64,000 nt of DNA from an uncultured Bacillota bacterium (GTDB taxonomy: Bacteria > Sysuimicrobiota > Sysuimicrobiia > Sysuimicrobiales > Segetimicrobiaceae), in contig CAWDRG010000009.1 in NCBI GenBank assembly GCA_963804645.1, positions 716,693 through 780,692 of the forward strand, written 5' to 3'. The position numbers and the translations under genes were made by a program. Positions 1 to 8,756 of this stretch are shown piece after piece (positions within the stretch are counted from its first letter, which is position 1; each line of letters starts with the position of its first letter). The notes beneath the pieces are model-generated. The model was not told the DNA's origin. It saw only the letters and a list, made by a program, of their open reading frames with translations, and made no database searches.

Positions 1-283
1 CGTACGGGGATCGAACCTGAAGCTTGACGGCCACGTCGCGCAGCCGTCTCAACATGTGGTCGTGCAGCCGCGCGACCTGCGTGACGATCACCTCAGGATC
101 CTCACCGTTTTCTGCCAGACACTCCATCATCGAACAGAAGAGCGCCTGGGGCAGACGCGTCGCGCAATCGAGCGCTTCCTCGACGGTCAGCTTCCCGGAT
201 CGTTCCGCGCCCTTGACCTGCGCCCAGAGCTTGTCGAAGAGCATGTACGCCACCTCGTCTGGGACGTCTGTGTGAGGGTTGCG
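1..283 (-). CDS. hypothetical protein, partial (runs off left edge)
   Basis: Reverse-strand reading from ATG at 283-281 gives a clean ORF (MRNPHTDVPDEVAYMLFDKLWAQVKGAERSGKL...) with coding-like third-position GC. No recognisable family. Confidence 0.45.
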
Positions 284-491
284 CATGCGGCGGTCGCGCG
301 TTGCGTCATTATCCTAAGGGCGGAGGTCGGTTGCGGCAAGCCACGTCGCGAACATGCTCGGTTCACTCCGCTAACGTGCCGCACCATTCGCGCCGGCGGC
401 GCCGATGTCGGCGGCGGCCGTGTAGTGTACTATTAGGCCGGGCCCCGCGTGGGGACGTTCGAGACAGACGTGATGTGAAAGAGGTGCTTGC

Positions 492-1337
492 ATGGATCAC
501 AGCCGCAACCTTGTCACGCCAGCCTGGCTGGCCGCGCACGTGGCGGACCCGGCGGTCGTGATCATCGACTGCCGCTTCGACCTGACGAACCCGCGTGCCG
601 GGCGCGAGGCGTATGACCACGCGCACATCCCCGGGGCCGTTCACTTGGACCTTGAGCGCGATCTTTCCGGACCGAAAGCGCCTCACGGCGGACGGCACCC
701 GCTGCCGGAGATGTCCCGATTCGCCGAGAAGATCGGCCGCGTCGGCATCGACGAGCGGGTGGTGGTGGTGGCGTACGATGCGCAGAACGGGTCCTTCGCT
801 GCGCGGCTGTGGTGGATGCTCCGCTATCTCGGGCACGATCGCGTCCAGGTGCTTAACGGTGGATGGCAGGCGTGGCAGCGGGGCGGCTTTCCGACGACCG
901 CCGATGTCCCGACGACTATGTCGCGCAGGTTCGTGCCGAAGCTCAGGTCCGGCGTGCTGGTGGACATCGATGACCTGCGGGCTCGGCTGAAGCGTCCGGG
1001 CACGCGCCTCGTGGACTCGCGCACGCCCGAGCGCTACCGCGGGGACGTCGAACCGCTCGATCCGGTCGCCGGACACATTCCCGGGGCCGTCAACCTCCCG
1101 TGGACGGACAACCAGGACGAGACGGGCGCGATGAAACCGGTGGAGGATCTGCGGCGGCGCTTCGCGGGCCTTCGAGAGGGAGACGCCCAGCCGATCGTCT
1201 ACTGCGGATCGGGCGTCACCGCCTGCGCGAACCTGCTCGCGATGGAGGAGGCGGGTCTTGCCGATGCCGTGCTCTATGTCGGCGGCTGGAGCGATTGGTG
1301 TTCCTATCCGGATAACCCGGTCGCGACGCGCGACTAG
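492..1337 (+). CDS. thiosulfate/3-mercaptopyruvate sulfurtransferase (tandem rhodanese domains)
   Basis: 281 aa with two rhodanese modules. The active-site Cys sits in CGSGVTAC, plus GHIPGA motifs typical of SseA/TST-type sulfurtransferases. Confidence 0.85.
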   Translation: MDHSRNLVTPAWLAAHVADPAVVIIDCRFDLTNPRAGREAYDHAHIPGAVHLDLERDLSGPKAPHGGRHPLPEMSRFAEKIGRVGIDERVVVVAYDAQNGSFAARLWWMLRYLGHDRVQVLNGGWQAWQRGGFPTTADVPTTMSRRFVPKLRSGVLVDIDDLRARLKRPGTRLVDSRTPERYRGDVEPLDPVAGHIPGAVNLPWTDNQDETGAMKPVEDLRRRFAGLREGDAQPIVYCGSGVTACANLLAMEEAGLADAVLYVGGWSDWCSYPDNPVATRD

Positions 1338-1555
1338 CGCGGCACGCCGGCCCGCACCGCGCAGCGATGGGGGCGGGACCACTCGGTGGCCCCATCCCGG
1401 TGACTGAGTGTATTCTCTCCTGACTTCTTGCGCTCGGCCGAGAGGGGTTGTCTCCGTTGATTCCGGCGCTCCGCGCCTCGCGGCCCCGAGCTGTCGGGCC
1501 AGGTCCGGATCTATTTAGTGGCGCTCGTTCGTTCGACAGCAGAGTAAAGTTCTGT

Positions 1556-1582
1556 TTGACAACATGACCGGGTGAATATAAA
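1556..1582 (+). promoter_or_regulatory. putative sigma70-like promoter of the XRE/TPR regulator gene
   Basis: TTGACA followed 14-15 nt later by TATAAA/ATATAA, about 35 nt upstream of the GTG start at 1618, in a locally AT-richer stretch. Confidence 0.3.
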
Positions 1583-1617
1583 CTCGTGCAAGAGTCTGAG
1601 CGCCGGGGGGCGCACCC

Positions 1618-2916
1618 GTGGTGTTGACGCTCGGGGAGAAGATCCGAACCGCGCGGCTCGATTGCAGGCTTACGCAGGAGCAACTGGCCGGCCGAGAGTT
1701 CACAAAATCCTACGTCTCCGAACTTGAACGCGGCACCCGAACTCCTCGCTTGACGACTCTCAAGGTGCTTGCCAGGCGGCTCAATCGTCCCTTGTCCTAT
1801 TTTCTCGATGGCGTGCTCGAGGACCGCGAGCCTGAAGCGTTTCTTGAGATCGGCGTCGCCCACATGCACGCGGGAGCGCTGTCAGAGGCGCAGGCCTCCT
1901 TCGATCGAGCGCTCGAGCTCGCGGCGCAGCACGATGACGAGGTGCTCGAGATTCGGATCGAGCTCTCGATGACGGTTGTCGAGCGCCAGTTGGGACGCGC
2001 CGGGGCGGCATGGAAGCGGGTCAACCGGTGCATTCAGGCGCTCGGCCAGAGCGGCGACCGGGCCCTGCTGGCCCAGGCCCAGGCGCTCCTTGGGTGGCTG
2101 CGCCTCGACGCCGGCGATGCATCCTCGGCGCTGTGGGCGTTCGAGGCGGCGCTCCAACTCGTGAAACTGCTGCCCCCCGACCCGGCCGTGCTGGCCGACC
2201 TTCACGCGGGACTCGGAGAAGCGCATCTGCAGCTCGGTCGCGGCGACGAATCCGAGCGAGCGTTCCGTGCCGCGCTCTCCACCGCGGAGCCGTACCGCGA
2301 CCCGTCCCACGTCGCATCATGGCATCTCGACCGCGCGGTCGTGGCGTCGCAGAGTGGTCACTTTGACGACGCGACCGAACAGGCCATGCGGGCCCTGGCC
2401 GTCTACCACACGATGGCCCACAAGCGCCGTCTGGCTGGAATCCATCAAGCGCTAGGGCGGGCCGAGGCCGCGAGCGGGCGGTGGGCCGAGGCGGAACATC
2501 ACTACAGGTCGAGCGTGGCGCTGCAGTGCGCGGCGGCGAACTGGCCAAAGGCGGCGGAGATTCTCGGCGTGATGGCGGAGACCGTGCTCGCCCGTACCTG
2601 GCCTGACGGCGCCCGGGCGATCGGAGAGACCGCGCTGGCGCTTCTGTCCTACGACGAAGGACACCGCGATCGGGCCGACTACCTGCGCGTGCGCGGGATG
2701 CTCTGTCGTTTGCTCGGGAAGGCCGATGAGGCGCGCACTGCGCTCGACGAGAGCCTGCGCTTGCTCGAAGCGACGGAGCGTGACCGCGAGATTGGAGTGA
2801 TCCGGCTCGAGCTCGCGCTGCTGGCGATCGAGACGCGGGATCTTGACGCGGCGCGCCATCAGCTCAAGATGCTTCGCGACAGCGCGCCGCCGCACCACCC
2901 GTCGAGTGGGTTCTAA
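1618..2916 (+). CDS. XRE-family HTH transcriptional regulator with C-terminal TPR-like repeats
   Basis: N-terminal Cro/C1-type HTH (LGEKIRTARLDCRLTQEQLAG...SYVSELERG) followed by ~350 aa of Ala/Leu-rich helical repeats. GTG start. Confidence 0.8.
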   Translation: MVLTLGEKIRTARLDCRLTQEQLAGREFTKSYVSELERGTRTPRLTTLKVLARRLNRPLSYFLDGVLEDREPEAFLEIGVAHMHAGALSEAQASFDRALELAAQHDDEVLEIRIELSMTVVERQLGRAGAAWKRVNRCIQALGQSGDRALLAQAQALLGWLRLDAGDASSALWAFEAALQLVKLLPPDPAVLADLHAGLGEAHLQLGRGDESERAFRAALSTAEPYRDPSHVASWHLDRAVVASQSGHFDDATEQAMRALAVYHTMAHKRRLAGIHQALGRAEAASGRWAEAEHHYRSSVALQCAAANWPKAAEILGVMAETVLARTWPDGARAIGETALALLSYDEGHRDRADYLRVRGMLCRLLGKADEARTALDESLRLLEATERDREIGVIRLELALLAIETRDLDAARHQLKMLRDSAPPHHPSSGF

Positions 2917-3467
2917 CTTCCGCCGCCCCTTCGGGGCGGTGATCTCTCGCCCCGCGGCAGGTGCGCCGTCACGGCGCGCGCGCGGTCGTCTCAGAAGAAC
3001 CTCCACTCCCCGTAGAGGAAGTAATAGGCGAGGACGCGAGTCAAATAGACGATCAGCCGCATGAGGACGTAGCTGATCGCCAGCAGTCCTAGAAAGAACC
3101 AAATCCGAAACTTCCACTCGGGCGCGGGGCGCCTGATCGACCGTCACCCAACCTTTCTTCGCGCTGGTGCCCGTACGTCAGGGTGGGCCGCGTCTCTGCG
3201 TCCGGGTGCCGATCGTTCGCGGACCGGCCGCCGGGGCTCCACGACACGGCTCTTCTGGCTCTTCGCGCGCGTTCCTGTCCGGCGCGCTGCGCCCGAGACA
3301 GGGGCGGACCTCCACAACTTCTTCGCAGGGTCCACGTGAGTTTTGCATGAGTTTGTCGCGGGAACTTCACGGGCAGTCGCTATCGTGGTGGGCGAGGCGC
3401 AGGAGACGGTTCGCCACAGTATCCGAGGCCGCAGCCGTCGACCCGCCCCCTGAAAGGAGATGGCGTC

Positions 3468-3653
3468 ATGTTGCGGGTACGCTGCCCTGAGTGCGGAGCT
3501 GAATCCGAGGTCATGCCACAGTATGGGCACGAAGTCGTGTCGGTGTACTGCCTCAAGCATACCGGCGGAGCCGAATGCCACACCCGCCCGGTGTACATGA
3601 CGCCGATCCCCGCGGTCCAGGGGGCAGCCGCGCGCGAGCCGGTGGCCGCCTAA
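3468..3653 (+). CDS. small zinc-ribbon protein (61 aa)
   Basis: Strong SD (AAAGGAGA) 7 nt upstream of the ATG. CPECG...C..H...CH arrangement suggests a Zn ribbon. Confidence 0.45.
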   Translation: MLRVRCPECGAESEVMPQYGHEVVSVYCLKHTGGAECHTRPVYMTPIPAVQGAAAREPVAA

Positions 3654-3754
3654 CCCCGGATGCGGCGTCCGGGGCTTGGTGACGGCGCGACACGAATGCG
3701 AAGCGGCCGGCCGACCAGGTGCGCCCCGGTGGCCGGCCGCCGTGGGCGAGGACT

Positions 3755-3783
3755 TTGACAGGCGATGCTGATCTTGGGATAAT
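3755..3783 (+). promoter_or_regulatory. promoter of tRNA-Val
   Basis: Consensus -35 TTGACA, 17-nt spacer, -10 GATAAT, about 28 nt upstream of the mature tRNA 5' end. Confidence 0.55.
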
Positions 3784-3811
3784 GTTGGGTGCTCGCGATC
3801 GCGGCGTCTGG

Positions 3812-3886
3812 GGGCGGTTAGCTCAGGGGTAGAGCGCATCCTTCACACGGATGAGGCCGCAGGTTCAAGACCTGCACCGCCCACCA
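3812..3886 (+). tRNA. tRNA-Val (anticodon CAC)
   Basis: Manual cloverleaf: acceptor GGGCGGT/ACCGCCC, D-arm GCTC-AGGGGTA-GAGC, anticodon arm CATCC-TTCACAC-GGATG, T-arm GCAGG-TTCAAGA-CCTGC, discriminator A, encoded CCA. Confidence 0.9.
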
Positions 3887-3924
3887 CACACCTCTTTGCA
3901 CCGGACATGACACGTGGAGCGACA

Positions 3925-4140
3925 ATGATCGTCCGATACGATAGCGACGCCGATGTGCTTCTTGTCAAATTGCGAGACGAGCCTCCGACCGACACTGTCG
4001 AAGAAGAAGGCGGGGTCATCATCAGCTACGGGGACAAAGGGCTCCCTGTGAGCGTGGAGTTCCTTAACGCTTCGCGGCACGGCTTTGTTCAGCGCCGGGA
4101 CCCAACTGTCACGTTGGCCGGTCTAAAGGCGTCAGCGTAG
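3925..4140 (+). CDS. DUF2283 family small protein
   Basis: MIVRYDSDADVLLVKL...GLPVSVEFLNAS matches the DUF2283 pattern (YDxxxDxLxIxL ... GxxVxxExxxAS). Sits directly downstream of tRNA-Val. Confidence 0.6.
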   Translation: MIVRYDSDADVLLVKLRDEPPTDTVEEEGGVIISYGDKGLPVSVEFLNASRHGFVQRRDPTVTLAGLKASA

Positions 4141-4149
4141 GCAACTCTT

Positions 4150-5830
4150 GATCTAATTTAGTTCGCCATGAAAAACGTGGGCGCAAACCCTTGTAAAATC
4201 TGGGTTTCCATGCGCGGTGCGAGCGCAAAATGATAGGATTCCCGACCCGAAGATCGAACTGATGCAACGGCCAAGCAACACCGATTCGACGCTCCTGGGA
4301 GGGAATCCCAATGCCGCTTCTTCGCGCTCCGGTTCCCGGCTCCTGCTCCCGAGGCCGGCCATGTTGAGGCTGCGGGACCCGCAAGGCTCGCTGTGGGATC
4401 AACTCCTCCCCGTCCAAGCGCGGACGCTGAGTGCCGAGTTGACCGCCGTGGATACGTGCTTGGCCGATGAGCGGTTCTTCGAGCCCTACCTGCAGCGCTT
4501 CAACACGCTGATCGGCCGGCCGACCGTCCGGTCGAGACGTACCTGCGCTTGATGTATCTGAAGCATCGGTACCGCCTCGGCTATGAGTCCCTGGTCAAGG
4601 AAGTCACGGACAGCCTGCACTGGCGCCGATTCTGCCATCTGGCGTTGGACGCGCCGGTGCCCGCACGCGACCACGCTGAGCAAGCTGACCCGGAAGTACG
4701 GGCCCGACGTCGTGCACGACTTGAATCGGGCCCTGGTCCAGCGCGCTCGCGAGCACAAGCTCATGCGGTGCCGCAAACTGCGCATGGATACGACGGTGGT
4801 GCAAGCGCCCATCGACTATCCGACGGACATCGGGCTGCTGGCCGACAGTGCGCGGGTCGTGACGCGAACGGTGCGCCAGCTCCAGGCCGCGGGCGTGGCG
4901 GTGCGGACGGGCTTGCGCTCCCGGGCCCGCAGCATCAAGCGCGCGCTGGCCACCGTCGGCCGCAGTTTGCGCATGCGGACGGACGAGGCGAAGCAGGCCG
5001 TGCTCAAGCAGACGGCCCGCGTGCTCACGGGCACGAAACAAATCGGCCGGCAGGCGGAGCGGGTGCTGCGCAACAGTCGGCACGTCGGGCAGCACATCGA
5101 CGCGAAGACGGCCGCGATGGTGAAGCGGACGCGCGTCCGGCTGCGGCGCCAACTCGAGTTGACGGCGCCGGGTCGTCACGCCAAACGCGGACGCGTCTCA
5201 AGGGGACGACGACGATTCCGGATCGGATCGTCAGCGTGTTTGATCCCGAAGCCCGTCCCATCCGCCGCGGCAAGCTGAGCGCGAAGACGGAGTTCGGCTA
5301 CAAGGCGCTGCTCACCGAGACCGAAGATCGGCTGATCACGCACTACGAAGTCCATATGCGAAATCCGGAAGACGGCAGTCTGCTGCCTGCGGCGTATGCG
5401 GGACACACCGAGACGGTGCCGGGGACGCCACACGTCGTCGCCACCGATCGCGGGTTTGGCACCAAAGACAATGAGGCATTTCTTGAACAAGGCCGGCGTG
5501 AAGCAGCATCAGCCTTCCCATAAAGGAAGGACGAGCGCGGCGCGCGCCGCGCATGAACGCCAACGATGGTTCCGTCGACAACAACGATGGCGCAGTGGGC
5601 AGGAAGCGACGATCAGCCTGGGCAGCCGCAAGTATGGATGGCGATACAGTCGATTGCGCGGTCGCAGCTGGTGCCGATACGTGGATCGGGTTCGGAATTC
5701 TGGCCCACAATCTGGACCGAATCGTGGTGTTGGGGACAACGACGATGAGCTTCAGCGCAAACGATCACTTCCACACTGGCCGCGCGAGCGCGTGCAGGCA
5801 CGATCTCGTGTTCGCCACCATTTAAGCCTC
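4150..5830 (+). mobile_element. degenerate IS5/IS1182-family insertion sequence
   Basis: About 1.6 kb carrying an IS5/IS1182-type transposase split over at least three reading frames. Boundaries are approximate; terminal inverted repeats could not be defined by eye. Confidence 0.6.
4361..5830 (+). pseudogene. IS5/IS1182-family DDE transposase, frameshifted pseudogene
   Basis: Hallmarks are spread over frames 2/1/2/1: N-terminal SLWDQLLP...FFEPYLQRF...GRPTV then YLRLMYLKHRYRLGYESLVKEV; mid PHATTLSKLTRKYGPDVVHDLNRAL...MDTTVVQAPIDYPTDIGLL; C-terminal IVSVFDPEARPIRRGK...EFGYKALLTE...ITHYEV...ATDRGFG...ILAHNLDRI. Confidence 0.7.
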
Positions 5831-5939
5831 TCGGCAGAACCGTGTCGACCGGAGCACCCGAGCACGCGGGCGGATCACGTCAGCGGAATGGCTTCCGCAG
5901 TCACCGTTTGCTCGGATCCTAACATGCGGTGGAGCGGCA

Positions 5940-6729
5940 GCAGCTCGTTCACGCCGCGCAGGGTACGGATGTACTGGATACGCGGCGCAGTGGATCACGG
6001 CGCGTGAACTCGCTGAACTGGAACCGGACATCGACCCAAACGTGATCGGCGACGGGCCCGTCATGTTTTTCCGCAACGAAGGGTGGCTTGACCCGGTTCC
6101 GCACACGCACGCAATGCTCTCTGCGGCGATCCGTACGGGTGCTGCGCTCCATACTGGCTCGCGGGTGATCGAAACGCGCATTGAGTGCGGACGCGTGGTG
6201 CAGGTGAAGACCGCGTCTGGCGCGACCTTCAATACCGAGGTCGCAGTGCGCTACGCCGGACGGTGGGTCAGTGACGTGGCCCGTCTCGCCGGGGTGACGA
6301 TCCCACTGGCACCGACCGTCGGGTTGCTCGTCACGACGACTCCGGCTCCCACGTGCCTCCGCCGCATCGTGCTCGTGCCCGATTGCGATCTTCGGCCCGA
6401 CGGCGCCGGCCGGCTGAGGCTGCACATGGAAGACACAGACGCCGATGCTTCCGCCGGCTCAAGACCTCGTTCGCCGGGCCGCCCGGGTGCTGCAGGGGTT
6501 CGACGGAGTCAAGGCGGAAGCGGCCAGAAGCGGCATACGACCAATGCCGGTAGACCGTCACTCGGTGGTCGGGCCGATTCCGGGTGTCGACGGATACTAT
6601 GTGGTGGTGACGCACAGCGCAGTGACACTGGCCGCCTTCCTCGGCCAAGCGGTGGCCGAGGAGATCGCGCATGGCCGTGTCGACGTTCACCTGACGCCCT
6701 TCCGACCGGCGAGGTTCTTTGTGGCGTAG
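5940..6729 (+). pseudogene. FAD-dependent oxidoreductase (DAO family) C-terminal fragment, truncated and frameshifted
   Basis: ELAELEPDIDPNVIGDGPVMFFRNEGWLDPVPHTHAMLSAAIRTGAALHTGSRVIE...VQVKTASGATFNTEVAVRYAGRWVSDVARLAGVTIPLAPTVGLLVTT is typical of the DAO C-terminal half. The C-terminus continues in another frame (GIRPMPVDRHSVVGPIPGVDGYYVVVTHSAVTL...), the N-terminal FAD-binding half is absent, and the fragment abuts the IS. Confidence 0.6.
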
Positions 6730-6970
6730 GAGGGACAGCGATCCGCTCGGAGCCGTGATCGTCGTTCGCAGTTTCAGAAGCGCAGGGACGTCACACCGCA
6801 CGCGCGAAGGAACGCCTAGGCTGCCGTCCCCACCGGGACGTCCTTGCTCGTGGGGCTCGGTTGTGATTGGCGAGATGAGGAGCCCGTCGATATGACGTAC
6901 GAACCTGTCCGGCCAAAGAGTTTTGCGGACCGACGTTCGATCGTCCCGGACCCGGGAGCCCACCGATCCC

Positions 6971-8710
6971 ATGGAATCTAATGAGTCTCATCCATCGACG
7001 AGTCTGGCACCGACATTTCGAGTCCGCGCGCTGGAGATCCACAGTGACTACGCATGGAATTTCGAATGGGTGCAAAAGGCGCTCGCCTTCATGGAACGGC
7101 GGGCGCTCAACGCACTAATCCTCCATCGGAACGACATCGTGGACAATGTCGTGTATCCGGGGCGATATTTCGGGGCCGATCGTCGTCCCTACCGGAACAT
7201 CGTGGAGCGCTACCAGGACAGCTTCAGGACATTGTACCGGTACACGCCGACGCGGCGAAGCCGGCCGCTTCAACATCGGGACTATCTGGTGCGGGTCATC
7301 GAGCAGGCCCGGCGGCGTGGCATCGACGTGTATCTCCAAAATAAGGAGCTGTGGTTTCCGGACATCCTGCTGGAACTCCACCCCGAAGTGTGGATCGACG
7401 GGACCGTCTGCGCCACGCACCCGTTTTGGTGGGAGTTCGTCGAGACGAAATACACCGAGCTGCTGGAGGACTTTCCGGGACTCGCCGGCATCATCACCTC
7501 GCCGGGCACGGGGGAGAGCCGGGTGTCGATCGCCGCGAATCGCTGCGCGTGCGATCGTTGTCGAGCTACCGCACCGCGCGACTGGTATCGCCGGCTGCTG
7601 GACGCCATGCGCGGCCCGATCGTACGCGCCGGGAAGCGCCTCGTGGTTCGAGACTTCGTATTCGACGCCGCGGCGCAGGGCGAATTGGCCGCGGCCATGG
7701 AAACGTTCCCACCAGACGTGGTCGTCTCCCTGAAGAACACGCCCCACGACTACTATCCAACGTTTCCCCACAATCCCCGCATCGGACGCGTTGGGGACCA
7801 TGCGCAGTGGGTCGAGTTTGACGTGATGGGTCAATACTTCGGCTGGGGGCTGGGGATCAGCGTGATGACCGACGACCTGCGCGCGCGGATGCGCTACGGG
7901 CGCGCCCGTGGGGTCTCCGGTGTGATCTTTCGGACCGATTGGGAAGGGCTCGAAGCGCACACGGCGTTCCACACACCGAATCTCCTCAGCCTGTACGCGG
8001 GATCGGCCCTGGCGGTGAATCTCGACACGCCCGCCGCGACGATCGCCGGCGACTGGCTCGACGGAGAAGATCTCCTCCGCCCCGATTTGGACGCCGCCTC
8101 TCGTACCGCCACCGCCGCGCGGGTCGCCGATGCCTTCGGGCGTACCTGGGACATCGTCCGGCGCAGCCTCTATCTCAACGATTGCGTCTTTTCCGACTCC
8201 AGCCTGTACCCCGTCAGCCTCGAACACGCGTGGTGGCTGGCGGAAGAGAAGAACAGTTTGCGCAACTGGGATCCGTCGAAATCGGACGCGCTCTCGGTCG
8301 TCGACGAGGCGCACGTTCGTGCGCTGCTCGAGGAGAAGGACGAGGCCGTCCGGTTGGTCGCCTGGCTGGCCGATGCGGTGGGCGAGCTTCAGGACGTGCT
8401 GACCGACGCCGCGTGGCGCGACCTCCAGTGGCGCGTTGATGTCTTTCGACGTTACGTCTTGGGATTTCGCACGATCGCGCACGCCTGCGTCCTGACGAAG
8501 TACCTCGCCGACGAGGCGGGGCGCGCCCGAGTCCCATTTGCCGACACGGCGGATGCGTTGTGGCAGGCGCGGCTCGGCGACCTCCGGGCGCTCGCCGCCG
8601 AATTCGACGAGTTCGCGGCGGCGACGTCGCTGCCGTACACGGTCTATCTGGTTCTGAATCCCGAACGCCTGCGAGCGCTCGCGAACGACCTCGAGGCTCG
8701 GCGAAGGTAG
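6971..8710 (+). CDS. uncharacterised ~580-aa protein, paralog A (putative TIM-barrel glycosidase-like; conserved C...CxCxxC)
   Basis: Long ORF, about 70% identical to paralog C and about 35-40% to paralog B in this window. Shared motifs HRNDIVD, GRYFG, NKELWFPD, SPGTGESR-x9-CACDRC, RLVVRDFVFD, KNTPHDYYPTFP, GQYFGWG, RGVSGVIFRTDWE. Start is taken at MESNESHP by alignment with paralog C; the alternative ATG at 6923 cannot be excluded. Confidence 0.7.
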   Translation: MESNESHPSTSLAPTFRVRALEIHSDYAWNFEWVQKALAFMERRALNALILHRNDIVDNVVYPGRYFGADRRPYRNIVERYQDSFRTLYRYTPTRRSRPLQHRDYLVRVIEQARRRGIDVYLQNKELWFPDILLELHPEVWIDGTVCATHPFWWEFVETKYTELLEDFPGLAGIITSPGTGESRVSIAANRCACDRCRATAPRDWYRRLLDAMRGPIVRAGKRLVVRDFVFDAAAQGELAAAMETFPPDVVVSLKNTPHDYYPTFPHNPRIGRVGDHAQWVEFDVMGQYFGWGLGISVMTDDLRARMRYGRARGVSGVIFRTDWEGLEAHTAFHTPNLLSLYAGSALAVNLDTPAATIAGDWLDGEDLLRPDLDAASRTATAARVADAFGRTWDIVRRSLYLNDCVFSDSSLYPVSLEHAWWLAEEKNSLRNWDPSKSDALSVVDEAHVRALLEEKDEAVRLVAWLADAVGELQDVLTDAAWRDLQWRVDVFRRYVLGFRTIAHACVLTKYLADEAGRARVPFADTADALWQARLGDLRALAAEFDEFAAATSLPYTVYLVLNPERLRALANDLEARRR

Positions 8711-8756
8711 GGGTCCCGCCGTCGCGGCGTTCGCGGCGCGCGGCGGCCGACGTATC

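Noticed and set aside
363-1382. 339-aa minus-strand ORF fully overlapping the rhodanese gene
   Set aside because: Arg/Pro/Ala-rich, low-complexity translation typical of antisense ORFs in 70% GC DNA. The plus-strand rhodanese has clear family motifs.
2990-3125. Locally AT-rich stretch reading on the minus strand as a hydrophobic peptide (…PEWKFRIWFFLGLLAISYVLMRLIVYLTRVLAYYFLYGEWRFF)
   Set aside because: Only a 23-codon ORF from the first ATG, no SD, and an in-frame stop just upstream. It may be a decayed small membrane-protein gene, but it cannot be supported as a feature.
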